Below, piece after piece: positions 1 to 10,257 of a stretch of DNA of 64,000 nucleotides. A program made the position numbers and the translations under genes. Each line of letters begins with the position of its first letter. Position 1 is the stretch's first letter. Source of the DNA: an uncultured Bacteroidales bacterium (GTDB taxonomy: Bacteria; Bacteroidota; Bacteroidia; Bacteroidales; CAYTAU01); assembly GCA_964435855.1 (NCBI GenBank), contig CAYTAU010000004.1, positions 15,297 through 79,296 on the forward strand, given 5' to 3'. The notes under the pieces were generated by a model. That model was not told the DNA's origin. It searched no databases and saw only the letters and a program-made list of their open reading frames with translations.

Positions 1-461
1 GTTTTATCTCCACATAATTCTAATGATTTTGATAAATAACCGTAAGCTACTTCTAATTCTTTTTCTTTTCGAAATTTAAAAATATCAACTCCTTTTCTTC
101 CAATAACTTTTCCTTCTTCACCAAAATATTTAATTCGTTTATCATAAATCATCATTAAGGTGTCAATTAATGCTTCTTTAATTGCTTCATTTTTTTCTTT
201 TTTTATAAGATTTTGATACATTTTTGCTCCATGCAAATAAATGTTTTTTGTTGACCTTGGACATTCATTATAAACATAACGCCATCCCAGTTGTAATGCA
301 TCTATGTAGTTTTTTTGTTTGTAAAATGTAGAATATAACGAAAGTTTTTGTTTGCATTTTAATGTGTCGTTTCCATATTTTGGAATACTCTTATCTTGTG
401 CATAAAAATTTGTAGTAATTAATAAAATACCTAATAATAAAATTGAAGTTCTTTTTTTCAT
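1..461 (-). CDS. hypothetical secreted protein, N-terminal part (gene runs off the window start)
   Basis: Not in the ORF track because no stop lies inside the window. The reverse strand from the ATG (complement of 459-461) reads MKKRTSILLLGILLITTNFYAQDKSIPKYGNDTLKCKQKLSLYSTFYKQKNY... with no stop down to position 1. The N-terminus looks like a signal peptide. The start lies 1 nt after the stop (463-465) of the upstream OMP gene, so it is probably co-transcribed. Function not recognised. Confidence 0.55.
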   Translation of the reverse strand, partial: MKKRTSILLLGILLITTNFYAQDKSIPKYGNDTLKCKQKLSLYSTFYKQKNYIDALQLGWRYVYNECPRSTKNIYLHGAKMYQNLIKKEKNEAIKEALIDTLMMIYDKRIKYFGEEGKVIGRKGVDIFKFRKEKELEVAYGYLSKSLELCGDK

Positions 462-462
462 A

Positions 463-1797
463 TTAATCATATTTACGTTTAACAAACCATATATCGTACA
501 TTGTAAAATTAACACCAATAGTACCAAATGTTTCTTTTATAAGATCCTTCTCTGTTGTTCCTCGTTGTTTAAATTCAAAAAACAGATTTATTGATGATTT
601 ACTTTTTCTTATTGGAATACCCAATCCAAAACTTATGCCAAATTCTTTTAGCTGTTCATCTTTTGAAATAAATTGTAAATAAGTATTTGAATAATGTGCA
701 CCAAATCTATAACTAACTCTTTTTGTGAAATTAGAAAATCCATTTAAAATATTATATTTTTTGGGAGTATATTCAATGCCCGCAGATATTCTATTGCTGT
801 TTGATAAAGAATCGTTTATTCCAAAAATTGTAACATCTGACCAGTTTTGCATTGAATAATCTGCTGCAACTGTTAATTTATTGTCATAAATATAGCTAAA
901 TCCAACTCCAATATTTCTTGGCAAAACAATTGTGCCCTTTACATTATTAGCATACCTTAAAGTATCAATTATTGAATTGTAATTTATAGATTCATTATTA
1001 TAGCCCATGATTGTTCCTGCAAGGGTATCGCGTTTGGCTGACAGATTGGTTTTGTTGTCAAAAATAAGCCCAAAATTAAAACGGTGTTTCTTTTCTGTTA
1101 CAGAATTAATGAAAGTATGGTGGAACTGAATACCGAAATTATAAAAGAAATCACTAATTCTTGTGCTCTTTTCAATTTGATAATTAAATGCACTATTATC
1201 GTTATCTGAAAATGTTAAAGTATTTGTTTGTTTAATAAATCCATACAAATAATTTGCATTAAATCCTATTGATAAAAATTTGAATGGCTTAAAAGAATTG
1301 CCAATATATACATTATTAATTCCTCCTGAGCCATTGTAACAATATTCAATATTCCCAATATTAGGATTATTCTCAGTTGTAATTATTTTATAACCTACAT
1401 TACTATACGGTTTAAGCCCTATGTTTCCAAACCACCATTTTGTATAAGGGTATCCAATAGACAAGTAATTTAAATTAGTATTATTACCAATATAAGTATC
1501 ATTTGAAGAAGAAAGATTTGTTATTACATTAGAAAATCCAAATTCAAAAATAAAAGGAGCTCCAATTAAAGTAGAATCAAATGAGCTGTATGATGCAGGG
1601 TTATTCGGGTTTAAATGGTCAGGATCACGCATTCCGATAGAAGTTCCACCCATTGCATAATTTTGTCCAAAAACATTTGAAGCTATTTCTCCTATGCCAA
1701 ATCTCGAATAAGGCGAATTCGTATTACTATTTTGAGCTTTTGCCGATATAACTATCAACAAAAGAAATATTTGCATGTATATTTTTAATCTACACAT
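463..1797 (-). CDS. outer-membrane beta-barrel protein (porin/FadL-like, family not pinned down)
   Basis: Signal peptide MQIFLLLIVISAKAQ; the likelier start is the internal Met at 1776. The sequence has alternating aromatic/Gly-rich beta-strand character throughout, an N-terminal SPYSRFGIGE motif, and an aromatic-rich C-terminus. It is tightly packed between coaX and the next gene. Confidence 0.65.
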   Translation of the reverse strand: MCRLKIYMQIFLLLIVISAKAQNSNTNSPYSRFGIGEIASNVFGQNYAMGGTSIGMRDPDHLNPNNPASYSSFDSTLIGAPFIFEFGFSNVITNLSSSNDTYIGNNTNLNYLSIGYPYTKWWFGNIGLKPYSNVGYKIITTENNPNIGNIEYCYNGSGGINNVYIGNSFKPFKFLSIGFNANYLYGFIKQTNTLTFSDNDNSAFNYQIEKSTRISDFFYNFGIQFHHTFINSVTEKKHRFNFGLIFDNKTNLSAKRDTLAGTIMGYNNESINYNSIIDTLRYANNVKGTIVLPRNIGVGFSYIYDNKLTVAADYSMQNWSDVTIFGINDSLSNSNRISAGIEYTPKKYNILNGFSNFTKRVSYRFGAHYSNTYLQFISKDEQLKEFGISFGLGIPIRKSKSSINLFFEFKQRGTTEKDLIKETFGTIGVNFTMYDIWFVKRKYD

Positions 1798-2515
1798 TAA
1801 ATTCTAATATTTTATTTAAACCGTTTATCAATAAATTTGGTTCTGCAAAGATGGGCTTTTTTAATTTTTTATCAAAGAAAAAGCAATCTCCTCCTGTTAA
1901 AATAATTTTGTCGCTATTATATAGCGATTTAAAATTATTAATGTATTGATCTATTTCATAAATTATACCATTTTGAACTCCTGAAACAATTGCAGAATTT
2001 GTATCATTCCCAATAAAATCAAAAAAATCATTTTTTGTAACTAAAGGTAATTTTTCCGTAAAATAATTTAATGCTTTATATCTCATATTTAATCCGGGAG
2101 ATATATTCCCTCCAATGTAAATATTTTTATTTGTTACAATGTCATAAGTAATGGCTGTACCTGTATCAACGACTAAAACGTAAGTGTTAGGGAAAATATT
2201 GTTTGCTCCTATAACTCCTGCAATTCTGTCATTTCCAAGAGTTTTTTTTGTATTATATTTTATTTTAATCGGTAAACTTGTTTTATATGTTAACTCTATT
2301 ACCGTACTAATGTTTTGTTTTAAAAAATTCAAAATTTCAAAATCGACATTAATAACAGAGGATATTATAACATTTTTTATTTTTGGAAATTTAAACAAAA
2401 TATCAATTAAATGCTTTTTTTGAAGAATTTTGAAATGAAATAACTTTTTTATTGAGTTTTTTTGATAAATTGCGAGCTTTGCAGAAGTATTGCCTAAATC
2501 TATGATTAAGTTCAT
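1790..2515 (-). CDS. coaX: type III pantothenate kinase
   Basis: N-terminal IIDLGNTSAKLAIY, GNDRIAGVIGA, VVDTGTAITYD and GGNISPGLNMRYKALNYFTEKLP are the ASKHA-fold signatures of CoaX. The length of 241 aa fits. Confidence 0.9.
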   Translation of the reverse strand: MNLIIDLGNTSAKLAIYQKNSIKKLFHFKILQKKHLIDILFKFPKIKNVIISSVINVDFEILNFLKQNISTVIELTYKTSLPIKIKYNTKKTLGNDRIAGVIGANNIFPNTYVLVVDTGTAITYDIVTNKNIYIGGNISPGLNMRYKALNYFTEKLPLVTKNDFFDFIGNDTNSAIVSGVQNGIIYEIDQYINNFKSLYNSDKIILTGGDCFFFDKKLKKPIFAEPNLLINGLNKILEFNV

Positions 2516-2615
2516 ATTGAGAAAAAATGTTAATTTGATGAATATTTTTTAAATTGAAAATGGTAAAAATAGTAAAGATTATTACTAATTTTAAGGGAAA
2601 TTTAATTTTTAAATA

Positions 2616-5600
2616 ATGGGGATTAAAAAAGTACTTATTGTTGAAGATGACACTCTTTTGGCAACTACTTTTAGCATGTTTGTTGAAGATTTGGGGTATA
2701 AAGTGGCGGGAATTGTTTCTAACGGAAAAGAATCAATAGAACTTTGTAAGAAAAATAAACCGGATATTGTATTAATGGATATTCATTTACCCGGTAAAAT
2801 TGATGGAATAAAAGCTGCTGAAGAAATTCAAGAGAATTTAAATATTCCAATAATATTTATTACAAGTGATGAGCAAGAATCTACAGTAAAAAGAGCGTTA
2901 GCATCAAATAGTTATGGCTATTTGTTAAAGCCTGTTAGTAAAAATTCTTTAAAAGTTACAATTGAATTAGCTTTAGAAAAACATAAGAATGATAATCAAA
3001 TTAAAATTAGCAGGACTCGTTATAAAACTCTTGTTGAAGATTCACCGGATACTGTATTAGTAATTAATGCCGATTATATAGTTCAATATATTAATTTTTC
3101 AGGTTTAAAGTTATTTGGGACTATTCATATTGAGGAAATTGTAGGTAAAAGCCTAATGAATTTTTTTATAGCAGAAGATAAAACTATTTTAAAAGAAAAA
3201 GTTGAATCAGCCCTTAAAAACAATAAGAAAATTAAATATTTTCCACTTCATTTTAAATCATTTCAAGAAAAAGAATTTCAAGTTGGTATTTCTGGTTCGG
3301 TTATAGAATTCAACAAACAAGTATCTATTCAATTAGTTATAACAGACCATACAGAAAAAATAACAAGTCAGCAGTTAATTAATAAACAAATAAATATAAT
3401 TGAAAATATTGATAATGCTATTATTATTATTAATACAGATGGCACAATAAATTATTGTAATAAAGTGGCATGTGATATATTTGGTTTTGAAAAAAATGAA
3501 ATTACAGGAAAGAACATAGCTTATTTATGTCAATCTGATGATAATTTTTATAATAATACAATTTTATTGCCACTTAAAAATTCTGACCAGCATTCGTTTG
3601 ATATGAAACTTGTTCATAATAACACAGGGCAACCGTTTCATGTAAAGTTTTCATTAACTGCACTTAAAAATGAAGATGATAATATTTTCAATATTGTTTG
3701 TTATTGTCATAATATATCGTTTGAAGAGAAATTGGAAACAATCTGTATTCATGCCGAAGCTAATTTTAAAGCAATACTTCATGGTAGTTCAGAGGCAATA
3801 TTTATAATTAATAAAGAGTTTCAAATTATTAATTATAATAAAACTGCAATTAAATATTCAAAAAACATTTTTAACAAACCTTTACAATATAATATTTCTG
3901 TTTTTGATGTAATTTTCTTTTTAAACAAAGGAGAATTAATAGGTCTGTTTAATAATGCTTTTGATGGCGTATCACATTATTTGGAAAGATTAATTAGATT
4001 TGAAAAACACAAAAAGTTTTTTATAATTAATCTTCATCCGATACTTAATGTAAAGGATGAAAATGTTGAAAATATTTATATTTCATTTTTAGATATATCT
4101 GAAAAAAAGTTAATTGAAAAAGAACTAGAAGATACAAAAAGTGAATTAAAACCAATGTTTGACAGTAGTATTCAAAGGTTTTATCTGGTTGGTATTAACT
4201 ATAAATTAATAGCATTTAATAAATCTGCTTATGATACTATTCAACGAGGATTTAATAGATCGTTAAAAAAAGGAGATTACATTGTAGATTTTATTTCTTC
4301 TGATATTACATCTGAAGAATTTATTGAATATTTTGAATCTGCTAAAAAAGGAAATCATGTAATTTTCAAGGAAAAACAGGAAGTGAAAAATGATTTTAAT
4401 TATTCTGAAGTCCATTTAGAACCTATTGTAAATGATAAAGGAGATATTTCAAGAATTCTTTTATGGACCTTGGATATTACAAAAAGTGAAAAAACAATAT
4501 TGGCATTAAAAGAAAGTGAAGATAGATATTCACTTGTTGCTAAAGGAGGAAATGACGGGCTTTGGGATTGGAATTTGAAAACTGATGAATTGTTTTTATC
4601 ACCAAGATGGAAATCTGTATTAGGATATGATGAAAATGAATTTATTAGTCGGGATGATGCTCGTGAATTGCTTATTTATCCCGATGATATTGAGCATACT
4701 AAATCAAATATTAAAAAGCATTTAAAAGGCGAATCAGAAATATATATTAATGAATACAGATTGCGTCATAAAAACGGCGAATTTTTATGGATACATGAAA
4801 GAGGGCTTGCCTTAAGAGATGAAAATGGTAAGCCATATAGAATGGCTGGAACTATTACTGATATTTCTGAAAGAAAAAAGAATGAAGAAGAATTACAATT
4901 GTTGAATAAAGCATTGCTTCAAGAACGAAGCATGTTTATGAAAGGAAATGTGGTAGTTTTCAGATTAAATACTGATGGATTTATTATTGAATACCTTTCA
5001 AGTAACATAGATGAAGTACTCGGGTATTCTGCTGATGAATTGATAGCAAATAAAACTTCTTTATTAACCTTAATTGTTGATGAAGACAAAGATATATATA
5101 TAAAAGAACGTGATATTATTTTAATGCAAAAGGAACTGCATACTGAATTTTCTATATATAGATTAAAACATAAAAATGGCAATTTTATTCATGTAAAAGA
5201 TTTTATTTCAGTAATTAAAAATGAAGATAATAATAATATTGAACTTTTAGGTTATTTTATAGATGTAACATCGGAGAAAAAAATTGAAGAAAAAATAGTT
5301 GAAAATCAAAAAAAATATTTTAATCTTTTTTCGCAGGCAAATGATGCAATTTTATTAATTGATCAGCAACGAATTATTGATTGTAATGTTAAGGCTGAAG
5401 AATTATTTGGATATTTAAAAGAAGAATTGTTAAAAATGAATATAATAAAACTTTCACCAAAAGTTCAGCCTAATGGTGAAACCAGTGATGAAAGAAGAAC
5501 TAAAAAAATAAACGAAGCCTATGATGGCATATCCGATACTTTTTATTGGCAGTATAAACATAGCGAAGGTAAATTATTTGATGCTGAAGTTAGTTTGTCT

Positions 5601-6038
5601 ACCGTTGAATTTGATAGGAGAAATTATTTACAAGCAATAATAAGAGATATTTCAGAGAGAAAGCAAATTGAAAAAGATTTGCGTATTAGTGAAGAACGTT
5701 ATCGTAGTTTACTTGAATCAATGCCAGATACTATATTTATTCTTGATAAAAATGGCAATTATTTTGATTATAAACAGGATTATCAATTTCGTTCTGAAGA
5801 ACAACAGGATAAGGTAATAGGCAAAAATTTGAAAGATTTCTTTGACAAAGAAAAGGAAAAAGAGTTTTTGGAAAAAATAAATAATATTATGCAAGACTCC
5901 GGGGTACAGCATATTTGTTATGATTTAGATACTTCTAAAGGCACCCGAAATTTTGAGGCAAGATTATCAAAATTAAATTCTGATGAAATATTTGTACAGG
6001 TAAGAGATTTTACCGGAAATAATAATTCTAAGAATTAA
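2616..6038 (+). CDS. response-regulator receiver domain fused to multiple PAS domains (no recognisable output domain)
   Basis: N-terminal REC (VLIVEDD..., DIVLMDIHLPGKIDG, YGYLLKP) is followed only by PAS-like modules, for example GLWDWNLKTDELFLSPRWKSVLGYDENEF...YRLRHKNGEFLWIHERGLALRDENGKPYRMAGTITDISERKK. Confidence 0.85.
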   Translation: MGIKKVLIVEDDTLLATTFSMFVEDLGYKVAGIVSNGKESIELCKKNKPDIVLMDIHLPGKIDGIKAAEEIQENLNIPIIFITSDEQESTVKRALASNSYGYLLKPVSKNSLKVTIELALEKHKNDNQIKISRTRYKTLVEDSPDTVLVINADYIVQYINFSGLKLFGTIHIEEIVGKSLMNFFIAEDKTILKEKVESALKNNKKIKYFPLHFKSFQEKEFQVGISGSVIEFNKQVSIQLVITDHTEKITSQQLINKQINIIENIDNAIIIINTDGTINYCNKVACDIFGFEKNEITGKNIAYLCQSDDNFYNNTILLPLKNSDQHSFDMKLVHNNTGQPFHVKFSLTALKNEDDNIFNIVCYCHNISFEEKLETICIHAEANFKAILHGSSEAIFIINKEFQIINYNKTAIKYSKNIFNKPLQYNISVFDVIFFLNKGELIGLFNNAFDGVSHYLERLIRFEKHKKFFIINLHPILNVKDENVENIYISFLDISEKKLIEKELEDTKSELKPMFDSSIQRFYLVGINYKLIAFNKSAYDTIQRGFNRSLKKGDYIVDFISSDITSEEFIEYFESAKKGNHVIFKEKQEVKNDFNYSEVHLEPIVNDKGDISRILLWTLDITKSEKTILALKESEDRYSLVAKGGNDGLWDWNLKTDELFLSPRWKSVLGYDENEFISRDDARELLIYPDDIEHTKSNIKKHLKGESEIYINEYRLRHKNGEFLWIHERGLALRDENGKPYRMAGTITDISERKKNEEELQLLNKALLQERSMFMKGNVVVFRLNTDGFIIEYLSSNIDEVLGYSADELIANKTSLLTLIVDEDKDIYIKERDIILMQKELHTEFSIYRLKHKNGNFIHVKDFISVIKNEDNNNIELLGYFIDVTSEKKIEEKIVENQKKYFNLFSQANDAILLIDQQRIIDCNVKAEELFGYLKEELLKMNIIKLSPKVQPNGETSDERRTKKINEAYDGISDTFYWQYKHSEGKLFDAEVSLSTVEFDRRNYLQAIIRDISERKQIEKDLRISEERYRSLLESMPDTIFILDKNGNYFDYKQDYQFRSEEQQDKVIGKNLKDFFDKEKEKEFLEKINNIMQDSGVQHICYDLDTSKGTRNFEARLSKLNSDEIFVQVRDFTGNNNSKN

Positions 6039-6068
6039 GAAGCTCACAAACTTATTGATAGTTATTAC

Positions 6069-7340
6069 TTATATTTTTTCAAACTGAGTATAATCTACAA
6101 GAACTTTTGGAATAATAATACCATCTTCAGTTTGGTTGTTTTCTAATAGTGCTGCAATTATTCGTGGTAATGCAAGTGCACTCCCATTTAATGTATGTGC
6201 TAATTTTGTCTTTTTTTCTCCTTTTTCTCGAAATCGTAATTTTAAACGATTTGATTGATATGTTTCAAAATTTGAAACAGAGCTTACTTCGAGCCATTTT
6301 TTTTGTGCAATTGAATATACTTCAAAATCATAAGTTAATGATGATGTAAAACTAAGGTCACCTCCACAAAGTATTGTAATCCTGTATGGTAATTCAAGTT
6401 TTTGTATTAAGGATTCAACATATGTAACCATTTCATTAAGGGAATTATATGAATTGTCGGGGTGTTCAATTCTAACAATTTCTACTTTGTCAAATTGATG
6501 TAATCTGTTTAGTCCTCTTACATCTTTTCCATATGAGCCGGCTTCTCTGCGAAAACAAGGTGTATAAGCTGTATTTTTTATTGGAAATTGGTCTGCATTT
6601 AATAATATATTTCTATAAATATTTGTTACAGGAACTTCTGCTGTTGGTATAAGGTAAAGGTTATCTTCTTGTATGTGATACATTTGACCTTCTTTATCGG
6701 GTAGTTGTCCTGTGCCAAAACCTGATTCTTCATTAACTAAGTATGGCGGAATAATTTCTTTATATCCTGCTTTTTGAGCTTCGTCAAGGAAAAAATTTAT
6801 CAACGCTCTTTGTAGTTTAGCACCTTTTCCCAAATAAACAGGAAATCCTGCACCTGTTATCTTATTTCCTAATTGAAAATCAATAATATTATATTTTTCA
6901 GCAAGTTCCCAGTGGGGGAGTGCATTTTGCCCAAGTTCTTTTATATCCCCATCTTGTTTTATAATTTTATTATCTTTTTCACCTTTGCCTTTTGGAACTA
7001 ATTTGTGAGGAATATTAGGTATTTGTATTAATAGATCTGTAATTTGTTTTTCAATTTCAGATAATTTTGTTGATAGTGATTTAATATTATTTTTAAGTTC
7101 TGTAGTTTTTGCTTTTGCTTTATTTGCTTCATCTATTTTGCCATTTTTAAAAAGCTGCCCAATTTGTTTAGCAATAATATTCATCTGAGCTTGAATATCT
7201 TCAAGTTCGGATAGAGCAGAACGTCGTTCTTTATCGAAATTTATTATGTCATTAATAATTTTTGATGCATCAAAGTTTTTTATTGTCAGACGCTCAATAA
7301 TTTCTTCCTTTTTATCAATTATATATTTAATGGTAAGCAT
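6069..7340 (-). CDS. serS: serine--tRNA ligase
   Basis: N-terminal coiled-coil arm, then class II motifs: TAEVPVTNIYRN, CFRREAGSYGKDVRGLNRLHQFDKVE, GSALALPRIIAALLENNQ. 423 aa. Confidence 0.95.
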   Translation of the reverse strand: MLTIKYIIDKKEEIIERLTIKNFDASKIINDIINFDKERRSALSELEDIQAQMNIIAKQIGQLFKNGKIDEANKAKAKTTELKNNIKSLSTKLSEIEKQITDLLIQIPNIPHKLVPKGKGEKDNKIIKQDGDIKELGQNALPHWELAEKYNIIDFQLGNKITGAGFPVYLGKGAKLQRALINFFLDEAQKAGYKEIIPPYLVNEESGFGTGQLPDKEGQMYHIQEDNLYLIPTAEVPVTNIYRNILLNADQFPIKNTAYTPCFRREAGSYGKDVRGLNRLHQFDKVEIVRIEHPDNSYNSLNEMVTYVESLIQKLELPYRITILCGGDLSFTSSLTYDFEVYSIAQKKWLEVSSVSNFETYQSNRLKLRFREKGEKKTKLAHTLNGSALALPRIIAALLENNQTEDGIIIPKVLVDYTQFEKI

Positions 7341-7367
7341 AATATTATTGTTTTTTTAAGACTTGTA

Positions 7368-7416
7368 TAAAATAAAAATCTCCTAAATTAACCTATTTAG
7401 ATCAACGCAGGAGATT
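7368..7416 (-). terminator. possible terminator after rpmA
   Basis: On the minus strand AATCTCCT (7409-7416 complement) pairs with AGGAGATT (7377-7384 complement). This is an 8-bp stem with a long 24-nt loop, followed by TTTATTTTAT. The long loop weakens the call. Confidence 0.35.
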
Positions 7417-7436
7417 AATAATATTTTTTATTTTTA

Positions 7437-7700
7437 TTATTCAGCCTTAACAGGGTCAATAGAAATATATGAACGATTATTTTGTCTTTTTCTAAAAACA
7501 ACTGTTCCATTGCAAAGTGCAAATAAGGTATGATCTTTACCTAATCCAACATTATTTCCCGGATGATGTTTTGTCCCTCTTTGTCTAACAAGTATATTAC
7601 CTGCTTTTGCATATTGTCCCCCGAATATTTTAATGCCAAGTCTTTTACTTTCCGATTCTCTACCGTTTCTTGAACTACCGGCTCCTTTCTTATGTGCCAT
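7437..7700 (-). CDS. rpmA: 50S ribosomal protein L27
   Basis: [29 protein letters not shown]... is the canonical bL27 N-terminus. 87 aa. Confidence 0.95.
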   Translation of the reverse strand: MAHKKGAGSSRNGRESESKRLGIKIFGGQYAKAGNILVRQRGTKHHPGNNVGLGKDHTLFALCNGTVVFRKRQNNRSYISIDPVKAE

Positions 7701-7723
7701 TTTTCTATATTTTTAAAATTATA

Positions 7724-8290
7724 TTATTTTTTTTCTTCAGGTTTAGCTTTTTTTGCTTTAGGTTTTGCGTCAGAGCTTTTTGCAACTTTTTTTACTACTG
7801 GTTTTGTTGCTGGTTTTGCCTTTGCTTTTACTTCTGCTTTTGGAGTTTCTTTTACTTTAGCTTTGCTTACAACTTTTTCTGGTTTTTCTTCTTTTACAGG
7901 AGTTTCTTTTACTTTGGCTTTTGTTGCAACTTTTTCTGGTTTTTCTTCTTTTGCAGGAGTTTCTTTTTTTGTACTGCCTTTTTCAAGAATATCTTCAATT
8001 AATATTTCAGTAAAAAATTGTCTGTGACCATTCAATACTTTATACCCTTTTCGTCTTTTCTTTTTAAAAACTTTTACTTTATCTCCTTTAAGGTGAGTTA
8101 TCACTTTTGCTTTTATACTAGCGTTTTTTATAATTGGCTCGCCAACAATTACATCTTTATCATTATCAATTAGCAAAACTTTGTCAAAATTAAGTTTTGA
8201 ACCTTCATCATTGTTTAAACGATGAACAAATATTTTTTGTGATTTCTCAACTTTAAACTGTTGTCCTGCTATTTCTACTATTGCGTACAT
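7724..8290 (-). CDS. rplU: 50S ribosomal protein L21 with a Lys/Glu/Pro/Ala-rich C-terminal extension
   Basis: MYAIVEIAGQQFKVEKSQKIFVHRL...GHRQFFTEILIEDI is the bL21 core (about 100 aa). It is followed by about 85 aa of KETP.KEEKPEKV..KAKV repeats. It lies immediately upstream of rpmA, as in the usual rplU-rpmA operon. Confidence 0.9.
   Translation of the reverse strand: MYAIVEIAGQQFKVEKSQKIFVHRLNNDEGSKLNFDKVLLIDNDKDVIVGEPIIKNASIKAKVITHLKGDKVKVFKKKRRKGYKVLNGHRQFFTEILIEDILEKGSTKKETPAKEEKPEKVATKAKVKETPVKEEKPEKVVSKAKVKETPKAEVKAKAKPATKPVVKKVAKSSDAKPKAKKAKPEEKK
7842..7970. repeat. 57-nt tandem repeat (about 2.2 copies) inside the rplU 3' extension
   Basis: Units start at 7842, 7899 and 7956 (GGAGTTTCTTTTACTTT...). 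Each encodes 19 aa, KETP(V/A)KEEKPEKV(V/A)(S/T)KAKV. The repeat also creates the spurious plus-strand ORFs 7670-8002 and 7692-8027. Confidence 0.85.
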
Positions 8291-8384
8291 GTTTATATAA
8301 AATTTTACAAAATTTAGGACTGCAAAAGTATAAAAACTTTATTTCTTAAACAATATTATATTTTATTTATTAATTAGAGATTGC

Positions 8385-10124
8385 CTAAAACCTGTTTACA
8401 AATCCAAAATGAATTTTTGCAGAACGAAATTCTATTGGATTATCAAATTGTTTTCCAAGTGCATAGTTTATAGTGAAAATTCCTGCTTTTGTTTCAAAAT
8501 CTAATCCGAATCCAAATCCAAATGGCGTATCTGAAACGTATTCATTTATCTTTTTTTCATAAAACCCTCCATCAATAAAAGCATATATAGTACTGTTTTG
8601 TTCTATAATAAGACGATATTCAATTGTGCTTATTGAAAAAGCCGATGCAAAAACAGATTCTTCATCAAATCCACGAAGTGTTTTTAATCCCCCGATTTTA
8701 AATAATTCATTTTCAAATAATGTATTACTATACATGTATCCTGAATGATTTCTAAATTTAATTACCGTATTTTGAGAAAGAGGTAAAAAAACTGATGCAT
8801 CAATTTGTCCTTCTAATTGTTGTGTGTTTAGGTCAATATCTTCATAAATTTCAGGATTGATATTATTATTTTTCTTAATTTCTTTATTTCCTGCGCCAAT
8901 ATTCATAATAAGTGAAAATCCTTTGCGAGGATTGAATTTATAATCAAGATATTCAGTATAGATGCCAATTCCATATAAAACGGTATTTATGTCAGCATAT
9001 TGAGGCAGGGTAGTGGTGTATTCTAATCCGGTAGTTGAAATTAATGATGAGTTTTTGTTTTCAATATATCCTTTTATATAATTTGTTCCATCTATTAAAA
9101 ATAGTAATCCTAAATTACTGTTTACATTTAAATAACTAGTATCCTTTTTTAATAAAGTAAATGTTGCATCAATGCCAATTGGTTTTTCAAATAAAAAAGG
9201 ATACATAAATTTTGCATCTAGATTTTGTGATAATGACTCAAGTTTTTTCCAATTGAAAGAAATAATTTCACCTTTTTTAAAGGAGTTAATTAAAAACAAT
9301 CTTAATTCTCCTGTTAACAGCAATTTGCCTGTTGTTTTGTCATTCGGAACTATACCAAGTATGCCATTGAATTGATTTGCTTTTTTATCATCTATATATA
9401 AATATATTTTAGAATTTTCTGTGCCAAAACCAACTTCGGAACTTCTTATTTGTTTTATAAATATGAGTTCTTTTAATTTATTTTCTACAGCAATTATTTT
9501 TTTTTCGTTATAAAAATCTCCTTGCTTAATTCCAATATGCTTTTGAATATAATTGTCAGATATTTTTGCGTTTCCTTTTATTATTATGCTGTCAATTTTT
9601 ATTAAATTATTTTTTAAAATTTGCAAATCAGCAAATACACTATCGTTTTTTATTTTTACATTTTCCAAATAAATCTCAGAAAAAGGGTATCCATTATTTT
9701 CATAATACTGAAGCAATTTTTCAATAGTGATGTTCAGTTTGTTGATATTAATAGTTTTCTTGTTTATTTTTTTATAATTGATATTTAATTTTCGCAATAT
9801 AAAATTCTCGAAATTTAGCAAAGAAAAATTACCCCATTTATATTGTTCCCCAACATGAAAATACGCTCTTATTATTGTAGAATCAGTAATAATACTATCA
9901 AGAGATGCTAAAATATAAGCATCGTTAATTAACTCGTTTCTGATTGAATTAATTTCTTTATAAGTTTCAAGAGTATCGTTAAAAGTTTTATTTAAATATT
10001 TTTTATTAAAATCAATTTCTTGATTGTTAGTAATAATTTGTAAATGTATTTTATTTTTTTGAGCGGTGATATTATGTGATATCAGAAGAAATAAAATTAA
10101 TATTTTAATGTTTTTTTTACTCAA
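8385..10124 (-). CDS. Omp85-superfamily outer-membrane protein (POTRA domain + beta-barrel; BamA/ShlB-like)
   Basis: Signal peptide MSKKNIKILILFLLISHNITAQ. POTRA-like segment IIIKGNAKISDNYIQKHIGIKQGDFYNEKKI. C-terminal barrel with GGLKTLRGFDEESV and terminal ...IHFGFVNRF ending in Phe. Confidence 0.7.
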   Translation of the reverse strand: MSKKNIKILILFLLISHNITAQKNKIHLQIITNNQEIDFNKKYLNKTFNDTLETYKEINSIRNELINDAYILASLDSIITDSTIIRAYFHVGEQYKWGNFSLLNFENFILRKLNINYKKINKKTININKLNITIEKLLQYYENNGYPFSEIYLENVKIKNDSVFADLQILKNNLIKIDSIIIKGNAKISDNYIQKHIGIKQGDFYNEKKIIAVENKLKELIFIKQIRSSEVGFGTENSKIYLYIDDKKANQFNGILGIVPNDKTTGKLLLTGELRLFLINSFKKGEIISFNWKKLESLSQNLDAKFMYPFLFEKPIGIDATFTLLKKDTSYLNVNSNLGLLFLIDGTNYIKGYIENKNSSLISTTGLEYTTTLPQYADINTVLYGIGIYTEYLDYKFNPRKGFSLIMNIGAGNKEIKKNNNINPEIYEDIDLNTQQLEGQIDASVFLPLSQNTVIKFRNHSGYMYSNTLFENELFKIGGLKTLRGFDEESVFASAFSISTIEYRLIIEQNSTIYAFIDGGFYEKKINEYVSDTPFGFGFGLDFETKAGIFTINYALGKQFDNPIEFRSAKIHFGFVNRF

Positions 10125-10257
10125 AAGGCAATGTTTTAAATACTAAAGTTTCGCATTAATATCTGTTAATTACATTATAAGCTATTTACGGATAATCACA
10201 AATCTAATATGTTTGTATATCAATATTATATGATTTCCATTTTTACATTTCATAAAC

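Noticed and set aside
463-1797. Calling the 444-aa beta-barrel protein PorV/PorP (T9SS machinery)
   Set aside because: I only recognise generic OMP features and an SPYSRFGIGE motif. I cannot tie it to a specific T9SS component without an HMM search, so it is left as a generic outer-membrane barrel.
7670-8027. Two overlapping plus-strand ORFs (110 and 111 aa, Phe/Cys/Ser-rich) opposite the rplU 3' region
   Set aside because: They are the antisense reading of the Lys/Glu/Pro repeat tail of L21. They owe their length to the 57-nt tandem repeat and have an implausible composition.
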